Shown here one piece after another: positions 20,281 through 30,487 of a stretch of DNA of 32,000 nucleotides (position 1 is the first letter of the stretch; each line of letters starts with the position of its first letter). Origin of the DNA: Candidatus Saccharimonadota bacterium (lineage in GTDB: Bacteria; Patescibacteriota; Gracilibacteria; BD1-5; UBA2023); assembly GCA_042852035.1 (NCBI GenBank), contig BAAFHK010000002.1, positions 257,823 through 289,822 on the forward strand, in the 5' to 3' direction. The notes below the pieces were generated by a model. The model was not told where the DNA came from. It worked only from the letters and a program-made list of their open reading frames with translations, and ran no database searches. The translations under genes and the position numbers were made by a program.

Positions 20281-21543
20281 TTATACGTTCTCTTTTGCTG
20301 CTGAGTATACTTCTTCAAGCGATGTACGTCCATTAAGAGCCTTAATAATACCATCTTGTTCGAGAGAAATCATCCCATCAGTAATAGCTACTTCATTAAT
20401 CATTGTAGCACTCGCACCATCGAGGATCATTTTCTTTACATTCGGGGTAATTTCGAGAATTTCATAAATACCAACTCGTCCTTTATATCATATATTATCA
20501 CACTCTGGACATCATACTGCTTCATAGAAGATTGGATTTTGGAGTATCTCTGTTGGGATTCTCCCAAGAAGCTCATCTTTTGATGTTCGTTTCAAAGCTT
20601 TTTCCACTGAATTCTTGAGTCTTGGCTCAAGCTGCATCATTGGAATTGCTTTTTTACAGTGTTGGCAGAGCTTACGAATGAGACGTTGAGCGATGATTAC
20701 ATTGATGGATGCTGGAAGAAGAAAGGCTGGTATTCCCATATTAAGAATACGAGTTAAGGTTTCAGCAGCCGAATTCGTATGTATCGTTGATACCACAAGG
20801 TGACCAGTAAGCGCAGCTTCAATCGCGACATTTATTGTCTCATGATCACGAATTTCTCATACCATTATGATATCGGGGTCTTGACGTAGGGCAGTACGAA
20901 GTCAGAAAGCAAAATTATAACCAATATCAGGAAACATTTGTGATTGATTGAGTCCATCAATCTGACTTTCCACTGGATCTTCGAGTGTCATGATGTTCAC
21001 ATCAGGCGTATTTAGATTTGTGAGACAAGAATACAGTGTCGTTGATTTACCAGAACCAGTTGGTCATGATGTTAGAATGATTCAGTTTGGGAGGGAAATT
21101 GCTTTTTCAAGAAGAACTTTATTTTTTCATTCGATACCAAGTTGAAACAAATCGGGAATCTTTTTTGATTTATCAACGATACGCATTACTATCTTTTCTC
21201 CATGAACGGTTGGAAGTGTTGAGACACGAAGGTCGAGAGCCTTATTATTAATTACGGTTGAGAGGCGACCATCTTGTGGTATTCTTGATTCATCGATCTT
21301 TAGGTTCGAGAGAATCTTAAAGCGAGCTACTACTTGTTGATGGAGAAAATTTTGATATTCAAGAATTTCTCTTAGCTCACCATCGACACGATACCTGAGT
21401 CTCACAATATTGGTAAGAGGCTCGATATGGATATCAGATGATCACATTTCTACCGCACCTATAATCATAAGATCACAGATTTGTCATATGTTTTCTCCTT
21501 TGTATAATTGCTCTTTAAGGATTTCAATCGAAGTATTTGGCAT
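20281..21543 (-). CDS. pilB: GspE/PilB-family secretion ATPase (short form without the N-terminal N1 domain)
   Basis: ATG 21543 to TAA 20281-20283 (420 aa). Walker [11 protein letters not shown] (first Gly = TGA 21064-21066), Asp box, Walker B DPDIIMVGEIRD, His box [12 protein letters not shown], and the tetracysteine motif CQHC...CPEC typical of PilB/GspE rather than PilT. Confidence 0.9.
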
Positions 21544-21549
21544 AGGGGA

Positions 21550-22707
21550 TTACTTATCTTTTTTCGGAATAATTGAATCAAGCTCTTGTTCTAGGCTCTT
21601 GAGTGTTGTCGCTGTTTGGTTTAATGCATAGATCATCTCTGGAGAAGTACCTACTGGGAGTGTTTCATTTAGACCACGAGAATATTCATCAAATTTTCTC
21701 TGGAATGCCTTGAGTTTTGGGTTATAGACAGCACACATAACACCATCATTTTCACAGGCTCTAACATTTTCTTGTATACGTGCTTCAAGGTCAGTACGAC
21801 GTACTCTGAGATTTTCACTGAGAAACTGAATATCATCCTTCGAAACTCATCGAATATAAAAGCGAAGTGTTGCCCTTCATGTGTTGAGTTTTGTAGGGTT
21901 ATCGAGATCAAGTTTTTCTTGCATGGAAAGAGCTTCCATGGTAATAAGAGGGTTGCTCATTACTTTTGGTATACGATCTTTTGAGAGTTCACCAGTGAAG
22001 GAGAGTATATCTGGTTTTCCTGTTTGATTAATGTATTCAATAAAATCCTGAATATCTTTATTAGTTGCTTCAAAATCAAGACGAAATTCATACATTCAAA
22101 TACTTTCTGGAATTCCATCAGTTTTCTGTCAAAAGGTCAAACCCTGCATTCCAATAACAACATTGCTGTCAAAATGAAACTTCTGAAGAATAGACTTTTC
22201 TATAAAATTAACGTATTCTCGGAGTGTAATATTATCTTCTTCAATATTATTTGAAAGAGGACTCATTGTTGGTATTATGCTATTAAGCTTTGCCTTTTCA
22301 TTTTTAATAGATTCCTTTTCTTTATCTACCCGACCAAGAACAGACTTTACACACGTAAAGTAATCTACTAAACTACAGTCATATTTGTAGATACTTGATC
22401 CAGTAATCGACATATTCTCTTTGACGAGAATTTTTCTCGTGTATTCTGGATCCGTCTGGATAATTTTAATAAGTTCCGCGTATTCAGTACTTGAAGAAAG
22501 AACCTTTTGAAGGCTTGATTCACTTACTCAGGCATTGTAGGTTCATGAGTATGATATAAATGCTGCTTCAGCATCCTTTGAGAGCTGACTTATTTCATTC
22601 AGTCATGGTAGGATATACTGGTATACAACGATTGCCATTCAAATTATGGCTGCAACTTGTCAAACTGCCGTATAGGTTAGATGTTCTTTTTGTGAATTAG
22701 AGAGCAT
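21550..22707 (-). CDS. Single-pass membrane protein, putative PilO-like pilus alignment/assembly component
   Basis: ATG 22707 to TAA 21550-21552 (385 aa). N-terminal TM segment TAVGQVAAIIGMAIVVYQYILPGL, followed by coiled-coil-like sequence. The pattern YEFRLDFEATNKDIQDFIEYINQTG...GRATLRFYIRG is reminiscent of PilO ferredoxin-like domains. It ends 6 nt upstream of the pilB ATG. The function is inferred. Confidence 0.4.
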
Positions 22708-22718
22708 AGGAATTGAAA

Positions 22719-23609
22719 TTAGTTTTTATCCTGAAATGGAACATACTTGGCTTGAATAGATATTGTAGTTCTAGTATGAAAGTTTGAAAACTCTTTGCTA
22801 TCGCTGATTTTTTCCATCGAAAGCGTTGCGGGTGGGTTTATAAGGATGAACTGGCTTTTTGAGGTATCAGCAAGATTAGCTATAAATCTCAAAGCCTCAA
22901 TACGAGCTGATCAAAGGTTTCCATTTTCATCATCTTTTCCTGAGACATCACCATAAATAGAACATTGCGTACTTATATCTCATTTTCCACTTACACTTAA
23001 ACCATTACATACAATGTTATTTCCTGCTATAAGTGACTTTGAATTATTTCGTACTTCCTCAAACTTATTCATCACAACATCCATATGAAGCTTCTGTTTA
23101 TAGGTTTCCTCGGCAAATCTCTTTTCTGGTGATGTGGCGAGGATATTTTTTGTGAGCTTGATAGGAATGTATTCGTTAAGTTTTTCAACTATTTGAGATT
23201 CCAGATCAGAATTCATCTTATTAAAGGTGTTCTTTATATTGAGAAGTGTTTCACAATGAAACTTCTCCCTATATTCATCACTGAGTGAGATTGAATAGTT
23301 GAGATATGGACAAAGAAAAGAATAGTTATCTTTTATTGCTTGTGCTCATCCACCTCTTTGGATATAGACGTGAAAAGATCAAAAGGCAGTAGCGATAAGC
23401 AACAGAGGGATTACATACCCAAGAATAGTTGTAGCTATCTCAAGTCAGGATTTTTGTGCTCTCCGTCCAATTGAAATATTTCCATCCCCAGTTTCTTGGA
23501 AAAATTCATTATAAGCAGCATCTGCTTGGCTCTCTGTTTCCTTTCAGGATGAAACAAATGAGACAGATTCTGTTGTTGAGGGGGTCGATTTTTTATCAAG
23601 TTCAGCCAT
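22719..23609 (-). CDS. Single-pass membrane protein, putative PilN/PilO-like pilus assembly component
   Basis: ATG 23609 to TAA 22719-22721 (296 aa). TM segment LEIATTILGYVIPLLLIATAFGSFHVYI at about residues 56-83. C-terminal region ...CSIYGDVSG..ARIEALRFIANLADTSKSQFILINPP..TTISIQAKYVP. It ends 11 nt upstream of the next gene. The function is inferred. Confidence 0.35.
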
Positions 23610-23725
23610 AAGAAGAAATTAGACTTAATGCAAGCATATACTAATTTTGTCTGTGCTGCAAGTCTAAGGTATATTCGTTTGTTATTTTGTCTTGATGATA
23701 TTATCTGCTCGTGTATAAAATAGTT

Positions 23726-26026
23726 TTAGAGAAGTTCTGGAAATATGGACTTTCCCCAGCTCATAGTCATAACTTTTTCATCAGTGAGAAATATTTGAAT
23801 TCATGGATTCGAGCTCTTGGCTCTTCCGATAAGCGTATTTATGGTATCAATTGCCATAGGTATACTGTAGAGTTCAAAATTATTCGACATTCCCACAGTT
23901 TTTGCAAGGTAAATAGGATCGTTCGGAGGATCAAACGGAATCTTAGTTACATTCAGGGTCTCGGTGACTTTCCATACTTCGCTTTCATCTTTCCAGGTAT
24001 CAATCAATCAAAGAAGAATAACTCTTTTACCCGTCTTATAAAGATGAAGAATTTTTGATTTCCCTCCGGAAACACTCTGAGTTATTATATCGTAGTCATA
24101 GTATTCCTTTTGTAATTGAGTATTTAAGGTACGAAGTTGTTTCAAATTTGTACCAAGAATAACAATATGATTCCCTTCAATAACCAAAGAATCATTATAG
24201 GTCATGAATTTATTTTGACTGTATGATTCTATGTGTGAAGTGCTGAATCCACATTCTTCATTAAGAAATTTCTTTATTGGAGTGCAGGCAATATTATACC
24301 CCAAAAGTATACTATTTTTTCATCATTGATGTTTGAGGAAATTCTCTATCGCTTTCTTCTGGCTTCGTGGTACAAGAGAGAGACTTGATTTTCAGTTTTT
24401 TATTTCGAGAATAAAGTTTATATTTGGATCTCCAATTTTTATAACTCGAATGAGTTCGTTGAGGATATCTTTGAGTCTTCTATATGTTATTTCTTGAATG
24501 AGGGTTCAGCTTCTGATGCTATTTTCATATTCAATCATAGTGGTTTCAAGCTTCTGTGATGCCCATACAAGCCATATATATCACCGATGCCAAAGGTCTT
24601 TTTGTGTATAAAAGTAGGTTTCACCATATTCACCTGGAGGAATCGGATTTGGGCCAGTCGGTCTTGGTACTACTGAAGAGGCTATTTCTTCAATTATGGA
24701 AAGGCTATATATAAACTCATCCCTGAGTGATTCTTCTAAAAAGGGGAGCTCTCATATATCTTTTTGTATAAGATTCCAGTCAATTATTTTTTTATCTCTA
24801 AATAAGAGCGCATTTTCTAATTCTACAATATCTCGAATAATACAAGTTTCTATATTGTGATCATAAGTTTCATTTTTAAGATCTTTGTTGTAGCTTTCTG
24901 CAATAAGTATTTCCGCTATTTTGCTATTTTCAATATCTTGATTTTGGAATATATTCTCTTCATCATCTCTAAGTTCAAAGAGGTATTTGTAGGATTGCTC
25001 ATCACCATACCATTTTATTTCATCAATACTTCCAGTCTGTGTCGTATTAATCCAATGAATGAGGCGTATGATAAGAATTGATTCTTTTCGCCTCCAAGTA
25101 TCTTTCATAATCCATGCTCAAAGCATCCGAAGGGAAATATAAGAACTCCTCTCTCGTATATGAGAAACCTTATAATCGGAAGAAAGCTTGTCCTTGAGCC
25201 AGAGTGATTGTTTTTTTGAGGAGCTAATTATGAGTAATTTACCGTTCTTTACTGCATTATCGATGATTGCTCTTTCTTCATCCCAAGAGGGAGAGAGCGA
25301 TATTATGCTATATTGATTTTCATTCAGTTTTGTTATCTTTTCAGATTTTTTGCAAGTTTTGTACTGAAGAAGTGGGTTGTTCCATGAGTCGCTCGAATTT
25401 GAGTTTCCCATGATTGAAAGGAGTGTATTAATGGCTCCACTTTCATCTTTATTTCTTGCAAATTCCCAAAGGGAAAGAAGAGGCTCACCGAGCTTTGATA
25501 TCTCAGTAAGATAATGTAAAAAGAGTTTCACTGAAAGTTTTGTATCATCGAGAGCTCTGTGTTCACTTCCATCATCAAAACCGTATTTTTTTGCAAGAAA
25601 TCAAAGATTAAGGCTCTCAGCATCTCCTGAGAAAATTTCAGAAAGTTCAAATGTGTCAAGAATCGTGTGCTTTCTTAAGCTGATACCATGGGTTTCCAGC
25701 ATTGATACATCAAAAAGTACGTTATGTCCAACAATTATACTTTCTTCTTCTATGAATGCATTTACCTTTTCTCGAACTTCACCCCATTTTGACTTTCCAC
25801 GAACCATATCGTTGGTAATTCCAGTAATCATCGATATATGCTCATCAATCCCCCTTTCAGGATCGATAAGCATACTTCTCTCTTCTTCGTGTGTAATTTG
25901 AAAGAAGTCCCCATCTCGTTTGAGCTTGAATTTTATTGCAGCAACTTCGATAATTGTATCTTTTTGAGGAGAAAGCCCAGTTGTCTCGAGATCGAGAGCC
26001 ACGAATGTATAAGACGAAGGATTCAT
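23726..26026 (-). CDS. dinG: DnaQ-type 3'-5' exonuclease fused to a DinG-like helicase scaffold with a degenerate Walker A
   Basis: ATG 26026 to TAA 23726-23728 (766 aa). Five track ORFs (25601-26026, 25118-25531, 24752-25108, 24008-24304, 23801-24007) lie in one frame, joined through TGA. Exo motifs: FVALDLETTGL, IVGHNVLFDVSML, and HRALDD just after the first TGA. The C-terminus GKRVILLGLIDTWKDESEV...TKIPFDPPNDPIYLAK matches the DinG/XPD pattern (LLGT.SFWEGVD...LPF.PP.DP). The expected P-loop position reads LSPSWDEERAII, with no GKT/GKS. Confidence 0.7.
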
Positions 26027-26077
26027 AAAATTACTCTATCAGATAAGCGGGAAAAGTCGAAACAAAAGCGAAAGTAA

Positions 26078-26106
26078 TATTGACATTTTATCGAATTATT
26101 GACATT
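26078..26106. repeat. 10-bp direct repeat TATTGACATT x2 (19-bp period) upstream of the dinG-like gene
   Basis: Exact copies at 26078-26087 and 26097-26106, located 52-80 nt upstream of ATG 26026. Confidence 0.6.
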
Positions 26107-26153
26107 ACTCCATCTGCTCGAGGCAATCACTATCATCGATTCATACTAAACTT

Positions 26154-26173
26154 CACGCCCCTTTCGGGGCGTG
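26154..26173 (-). terminator. Stem-loop downstream of ftsZ (probable terminator)
   Basis: Perfect 8-bp GC-rich stem cacgcccc / ggggcgtg with a tttc loop, 31 nt after the ftsZ TAA. The U-tract is weak. Confidence 0.55.
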
Positions 26174-26204
26174 CTTTATTATAATTCCGAGATATAAAAA
26201 TATA

Positions 26205-27452
26205 TTAATTTTTTGGAAGCTTATTACGAAGGAAGGCTGGAATATCATAATCATCGCCTGAGTTTGCAGGTCCAGTGCCTGGAAGGGGAGACTGCACTGG
26301 TGGGCGGTTGTTTATTGGAGTGTGAGGTGTTGATTTTTGAAAGAGATTGCTCGTGCCAAATCCTCGAGAAAGTGCTCCAAGTTGAGCATTGGATTCTTCA
26401 GAGAATCAAGTTGCAATAACTGTCACCTTGATTTCTCATGTATAGCGTTCATCGATTGAGGTACCGAATATAATATTTGCATTTGGATCGCATGATTCAG
26501 TAATCATTCGAGCAGCTTCATCGATTTCAAACATGGATAAATCTGTTCCACCTGTAATTGAGAGGAGAAGTCATTTTGCTCCATTGATAGAGAGTTCGAG
26601 AAGGGGTGATTCGATAGCACCTCGAGCAGCTTCAATAGCACGATTTTCCCCACTTCAATATCAGATACCCATAAGAGCTGATCAGGCATTTTCCATCACT
26701 GATCGCACATCAGCAAAATCCACATTAATAAGTCCAGGGTGAGTAATGAGATCTGAGACTCATTGCACACCTTGCTTAAGAATCTCATCTGCTACATTAA
26801 ATGCCTCAAGAAGAGGAGTTTTTTTATCAATAATTGAGAGAATCTTATCATTAGGAATTGTAATGAGTGTATCAACCTTTTCCTTGAGTCTTTCATATCA
26901 TTCAAATGCTACACCGCTTCTTCTTTGTCCTTCAAATGCAAAAGGTTTTGTTACTACTCAGACTACAAGAGCTCAGAGTGATTTTGCAATTTCTGCGATA
27001 ATCGGCGCAGCACCAGTACCAGTACCACCACCGAGACCACAGGTAATAAACACCATATCAGCACCAGTAAGAATCTGCTTCAGTTCTTCGCTTGATTCTT
27101 CGGCTGCTTTTTTTCCAATTTCAGGATTAGCACCAGCTCCAAGTCCACGAGTGGTAGCTCGCCCGATATTTATTCTGGTGGGAGCCTTCGATGAAAAGAG
27201 TGCCTGAGCATCCGTATTAACAGCAATGAACTCAACCCCTTCAACACCGCTCTCAATCATTCGATTTACAGCGTTATTTCCACCACCTCCAACACCAACG
27301 ACTTTAATATTTGCTATAGGAGAAATATACCCATTTACATTTACTTCAACATGACTTTGTGGGACTGGTGCTGCAGGAGGAGTAACGGGATTAATATTGG
27401 TTCTCAGGAGTTTCTTGAGACGATCTTCACTTGAAGAATGAGCTTGAGACAT
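26205..27452 (-). CDS. ftsZ: Cell division GTPase FtsZ
   Basis: ATG 27452 to TAA 26205-26207 (415 aa). Motifs: [15 protein letters not shown], the tubulin signature [31 protein letters not shown], and the C-terminal peptide [12 protein letters not shown]. By my count 10 in-frame TGAs match Gly positions in E. coli FtsZ. Confidence 0.96.
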
Positions 27453-27494
27453 AAGAAAAAAGTTAATAAAGTTTTTTAGAGTTATTGAATGTTA

Positions 27495-28733
27495 TTAGGG
27501 CATAAATTTTTTGAAGATAGCCTTAAGTGAAGACATGCTCTTTCCTGGTGAAAATGTGAATTTAAATGGCTTTTTCGCAGTTCCGTATTTCTGTGCAAGG
27601 AGAAGCGTTCCAACAACTGAAGTATAGATAGGATCGGCAATTGATGTACCACTGATGCCTTCAACCTGTTCTGGTACGCCAATCGATGCAGGAAGTCTGA
27701 GATATTCTCGGGCTCTATCTGCAAGTCCTCTCATTTTTGCTCCGCCACCAGTGAGAATAGCTCCTTCAGGAAGCATTCCATCCCGTCAGACGTTTTTCAA
27801 CTCCATTACAATATGGTGAAAAATTTCATCATAACGAGCTCGTATGATTTCATTCATGAACTTACGAGATATGGCATTTGTATCGATATTCGAAATCTTT
27901 GAGAGATCAAGTTGCTCGTCATAATCACTTGCCATACCTTCTCCAAAATTCATATCTCCATATTCAACCTTAAGTCTCTCTGCAGTATCTATTGAAATAC
28001 GAAGGCCAAGTGCCAGATCGCTTGTTACATGTTCCCCACCGATAGGAATAACTGCAGCGTATATAAGTGCTCCTTCTTCATAGACAGCAATATTAGTTGC
28101 GCTTGATCCTATATCAACAGCAACGACACCAAGTTCTTTCTGTCGGCGAGAAAGCATAGCCTCACCTGTAGCAATAATATTTGGGTAAGTGTCCATAATT
28201 TCAACTCCGATATCATTCACTCCTTTCTGGATATTCGAAAGAGTATTTGCCCCAATAGAAATAATATGGGAACGAACTTCGAGCTTTTTTCAGCTCATTC
28301 CAACAGGATTTTTGATACTATTCTCGAGGTCAAGCGAGAAACTCTCAGGGATAACCTTAAGAATAGTTCGATTCATAAGATCAACTCAACTTTGACTCAT
28401 ATCGAGGGCACGATTTACATCTTCTTCAGTTACATCAAGTCCAGCAACTGCTACAATTCAGGATTTTCTCGTAATATCTATATGTATTCCAGAAACTCAG
28501 AGGCATATATGAGCTGCTTGCTCACCAGTCATGCGCTCTGCATCACCCAAGGCGGTATCAAGATTTGCCTTGAATTCTTCCATGTCAAGGATATTTCCTT
28601 TTCGGATTCCTCGCGATTCTGCCACTCCTATTCCGAGGATGCGAAGTTTTTTATCATCGGTCCACTCGCCGATGATGGCTTTAAGTTTTGAGCTGCCTAT
28701 ATCTATGGCGACGAGCTGTTCTCCAGATACCAT
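27495..28733 (-). CDS. ftsA: Cell division protein FtsA
   Basis: ATG 28733 to TAA 27495-27497 (412 aa). Actin-fold phosphate motifs VAIDIGSSKL and VVAVDIGSSATNIAVY, then IPIGGEHVTSDLA and ILTGGGAKMRGL, with a C-terminal amphipathic helix SSLKAIFKKFMP. The track fragments are in one frame. Confidence 0.95.
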
Positions 28734-28884
28734 ATATTGTATTAAATTATAGGATGTATAAAGATTTTGTACTGTTAGATTTCTTTTCTATTCTAGCTTT
28801 CTTCACTTTTTGGTCTATTTCACGATGCACATTATACCTCCCTCAACTGAATTTACAATCATGAAAAACGCATCTACGTATACA

Positions 28885-28925
28885 CATTTTGTACTCATGT
28901 AAGATTTACAAAATGCTGTTTTTTG
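28885..28925 (+). promoter_or_regulatory. Terminator-like stem-loop plus T-run in the miaB upstream region
   Basis: Stem cattttgta (28885-28893) / tacaaaatg (28907-28915), followed by ctgtttttt. It ends 37 nt before the miaB ATG. Confidence 0.4.
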
Positions 28926-28961
28926 ATACACTTGCGGCCAATTCGATGTGAAAAACTTTTT

Positions 28962-30434
28962 ATGGCAAAAACCTTCTATATAAAAACCTTCGGCTGTCAG
29001 ATGAATTATGCTGATAGTGAAAAGATAAATATGATTCTTCTTTCTGCCTGAATGAGAAAGGTTATCGATCCAACAAAGGCAGATATTCTTATTATGAATA
29101 CTTGTTCGGTTCGGCAAAAAGGTGAAGACAGGGTATTTTGATTTATAAATGAAGTTTCACGCTATCATAAGAAGAACCATACGGGAATACATCCACTTTT
29201 TGGGATTACGGGTTGTATGGTGAGAAAATCAGGAATGGCTAAAAGATATCTCATAGATGAGGCATGAAACATGAAGAATGAATTCTATAAGAGGCACGGT
29301 ACAAGGAGGATTGAGCTTATTAACGATATAAACTCACTTTTGAACTATGATGATGAACTTTTCCTTCGATCCCAAAGTATTGATTTTACATTTCGTATCG
29401 AAGAAGTTACCTTTCTTACAAAAATCCTTTCCCTTATTCTTGGTGAAGATATTGGAAATGATGCAAAGTGGAATGAATATCTTGCCGTCAGACAATATCA
29501 AGAAAATCCTGCAAGTGCTAACATAATTATTCAAACCGGATGTGATAACTTCTGTACTTTTTGTATCGTCCCTTATACGCGTTGAAGAGAGACTTCACGT
29601 TCCCAGGATGATATAGTTTCAGAAATTCGTGAGGTGGTTTTATCTGGCACCAAAGAGGTTACCCTTCTTGGGCAGAATGTAAATAGTTATGGGAAGGAAA
29701 CTCGGGCTAAACTTTGGAATAGCGAAGAGCTTACTTGGGCGAGTAAAAATGTAAAAACTCCCTTTCGAGAACTTCTCGAAGAGGTCAATAAAATAGAATG
29801 ACTTGATCGTATTCGTTTTACAAGCTCGAATCCTCATGATATGACGAAGGATATCCTCGATGCTCATTTTGAACTTCCAAAAATGGGGAAATATCTTCAT
29901 TTTGCCCTTCAGTCAGGGAGTGATACTATGCTTAAGCGTATGAATCGAAAACATACATACTTAGACTTTAAGAACCAAGTCCAATATCTCCGTTCTAGAG
30001 ACCCACTCTTTTCTATTTCTACCGATATTATTGTTTGATTTCCTGGCGAAACACTTGAAGAATTCGAAGCAACTATTCATGCTATGCGTGAGTGTGATTT
30101 TGACTTTGCATATATTGCACGATACTCTCCTCGTTCATGAACTTTGGCTACGGATAAGTATGAAGATGATATATCGCCAATTGAGAAGGCGAAAAGATGG
30201 AATATACTCAATGATATGCTCCAGTCATCCGTTCAAAATCGATCCAAACTTATGATTTGAAGAGAAGATGAAATTCTCATTTCTTGAAGGGGAAAATTCA
30301 ATGATTGGGTATGACGAACTAAGAATTTTAAAGAGGTATATATTCCGGAGAGCTCAGAGGTAAAAATTGGAGATATTGTAAAAGTGAAGATTACAGAGCT
30401 TGATGGGTGGGTGTTACGTGGAAATCTCCTCTAA
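28962..30434 (+). CDS. miaB: tRNA-i6A37 methylthiotransferase (MiaB-type radical SAM MTTase)
   Basis: ATG 28962 to TAA 30432-30434 (490 aa). N-terminal MTTase cysteines: [32 protein letters not shown]. Radical-SAM motif [19 protein letters not shown], then [31 protein letters not shown] and a C-terminal TRAM domain. The CxxxCxxC lies roughly 40 aa later than in E. coli MiaB. Confidence 0.88.
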
Positions 30435-30487
30435 GGGGTTATCTGAGAAATCTTTCCTTTTTTAAATGTTTCTCTATACTCAAGATC

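Noticed and set aside
26081-26130. The two plus-strand TTGACA hexamers as -35 boxes of plus-strand promoters
   Set aside because: There is no acceptable -10 at 16-18 nt and no plus-strand gene downstream; transcription would run antisense into ftsZ. I kept the element only as a candidate operator repeat.
26746-27207. 153-aa plus-strand ORF, plus similar ORFs at 26533-26742, 28266-28691 and 28531-28752
   Set aside because: They are antisense to ftsZ and ftsA. Their Ser/Pro/Ala-rich translations mirror the Gly/Ala-rich sense frames.
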